Made by a program: the position numbers and the translations under genes. Below the pieces are notes generated by a model, which saw nothing but the letters and a program-made list of their open reading frames with translations, ran no database searches and was not told where the DNA came from. A DNA stretch of 64,000 nucleotides from an uncultured Bacteroidia bacterium (GTDB lineage: Bacteria; CAIWAD01; BS150m-G50), in NCBI GenBank assembly GCA_964517435.1, contig CAZFEC010000004.1, positions 22,608 to 86,607 on the forward strand, read 5' to 3'. Below are positions 63,292-64,000 of the stretch, piece after piece. The stretch's first letter is position 1; every line of letters starts with the position of its first letter.

Positions 63292-63778
63292 GCAGGAGTT
63301 CCTCCAGCAGGTAGCGATGGTTGCCCGGCAGGTCCTGGCAATAGATCTCGACATTCTGCGCGGCCAGATCCCGCAGAATGACCTCATCCCGGTCGCCCAG
63401 ATAGATATACGGCAGCAGCCGGCGGCTGCCTTCCACATGGTGGATACCGCCCAGGTTCAGCCGCTCGAAGCGGATTCCCGCCTCGAACAGCGATCGGGCC
63501 GCCGCGCAGTCGCGCAACACCAGCATCGTGCGGACCTCGAGGGTTGCTTCCCGCAGATAGGCCGCCGCAGCCGTCAGCGAAATCACCTGGCCCTGTTTGT
63601 CCTGCGGGATGCAGCTCAGGCAGAGTTCCCGTTCCAGCTCATCGCCGCTGATCTGGTCGTCCGCCAGCAGGAACTCCTCCACCGGCAATGTCTCACCCCA
63701 GCCGACGATAACGCAGCCATGCAGCAACCGGTCATCCACGCGGTAAATCGGATTCTCGAAACCGCCGCTCGCGATCAT
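63284..63778 (-). CDS. PTS EIIB component, mannose/sorbose family
   Basis: Contains a 'VDDRLLHGCVIVGW' region, which resembles the mannose-family EIIB phospho-His motif. 164 aa. Confidence 0.65.
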   Translation of the reverse strand: MIASGGFENPIYRVDDRLLHGCVIVGWGETLPVEEFLLADDQISGDELERELCLSCIPQDKQGQVISLTAAAAYLREATLEVRTMLVLRDCAAARSLFEAGIRFERLNLGGIHHVEGSRRLLPYIYLGDRDEVILRDLAAQNVEIYCQDLPGNHRYLLEELLHE

Positions 63779-64000
63779 ATCTGAATCCCCCTCTGTCCGG
63801 CATCGGCGACCGTCTGCTGCAGTTCGCCGCCCTTCAGCTTCTCCCGCTTGGTGAAAAAGGAGAGCAGCATCGCCAGGTTTACGCCGCTGACACTGTAGCG
63901 GCCGGGGGCGGCGGCGGCGACTTTACGGGCGGCGAGATCGCAGCTGCCGCCTTTGAAATCGGAGAAGAGAAAGGTATCGGTCCCGGGGGAGCAGTGTTCC
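63775..64000 (-). CDS. PTS EIIA component, mannose family (3' part; 5' end beyond window)
   Basis: The translated − strand gives '…TDTFLFSDFKGGSCDLAARK…'. Its stop overlaps the EIIB start (ATGA). Confidence 0.5.
   Translation of the reverse strand, partial: EHCSPGTDTFLFSDFKGGSCDLAARKVAAAAPGRYSVSGVNLAMLLSFFTKREKLKGGELQQTVADAGQRGIQI

Overview
This is a 64-kb, high-GC (about 65% by eye) bacterial chromosomal segment. Nearly all genes are on the + strand, tightly packed and frequently overlapping by 4–20 nt (ATGA-type coupling). They are mostly housekeeping genes.

Gene content, in order:
- a 5'-truncated UvrD/AddA-like helicase-nuclease
- aminotransferases (class V, hisC)
- a trxA–trx-like–CoADR/Nox–MerR redox cluster
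- plsY, gpsA, asnS, acylphosphatase, apt, ligA, efp, accB, accC
- gcvH, gcvPA, gcvPB
- an exonuclease-DinG fusion, a methylmalonyl-CoA epimerase-like gene, uvrC, purL, hemW, uvrA
- an EcfT-like gene, truA, fsa, htrA, purC, psd, pssA, purS, purQ, tatC, smc
- a GWxTD protein, an ABC ATPase, YihY, an ABC-2 permease
- folB, folK, a dNK, an M50 protease, mutL, miaA
- an S8 peptidase carrying a type IX secretion (T9SS) C-terminal sorting domain, and alr
- on the − strand: ssb, VanZ, nnr, an acpS-like ORF, a HAD hydrolase, a low-GC four-helix-bundle (Avd/PF05635-like) gene, an MCE/MlaD gene and a PTS EIIB/EIIA(Man) pair

The T9SS sorting domain and the GWxTD protein point to a Fibrobacteres–Chlorobi–Bacteroidetes (FCB)-group organism. 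That organism uses Shine-Dalgarno sites.

I found no rRNA, tRNA or CRISPR.

Unusual signals:
1. The octamer GTGATACA/TGTATCAC occurs about 46 times (by-eye count, both orientations, mostly inside ORFs in several reading frames) where under 1 is expected.
2. An 11-bp inverted repeat, TAGTATTTCCC-N~33-GGGAAATACTAT, recurs at three intergenic loci.
3. A REP-like GGTATCGGAAT repeat family includes a 46-bp tandem array. These repeats bracket the low-GC four-helix-bundle gene and supply the last codons and stop codon of two different genes in two different frames.
4. A 1.27-kb noncoding stretch contains an AT-rich island, a structured GC-rich segment and an unannotated 41-aa membrane-peptide ORF with a strong SD.
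5. An acpS-like ORF has no canonical start.
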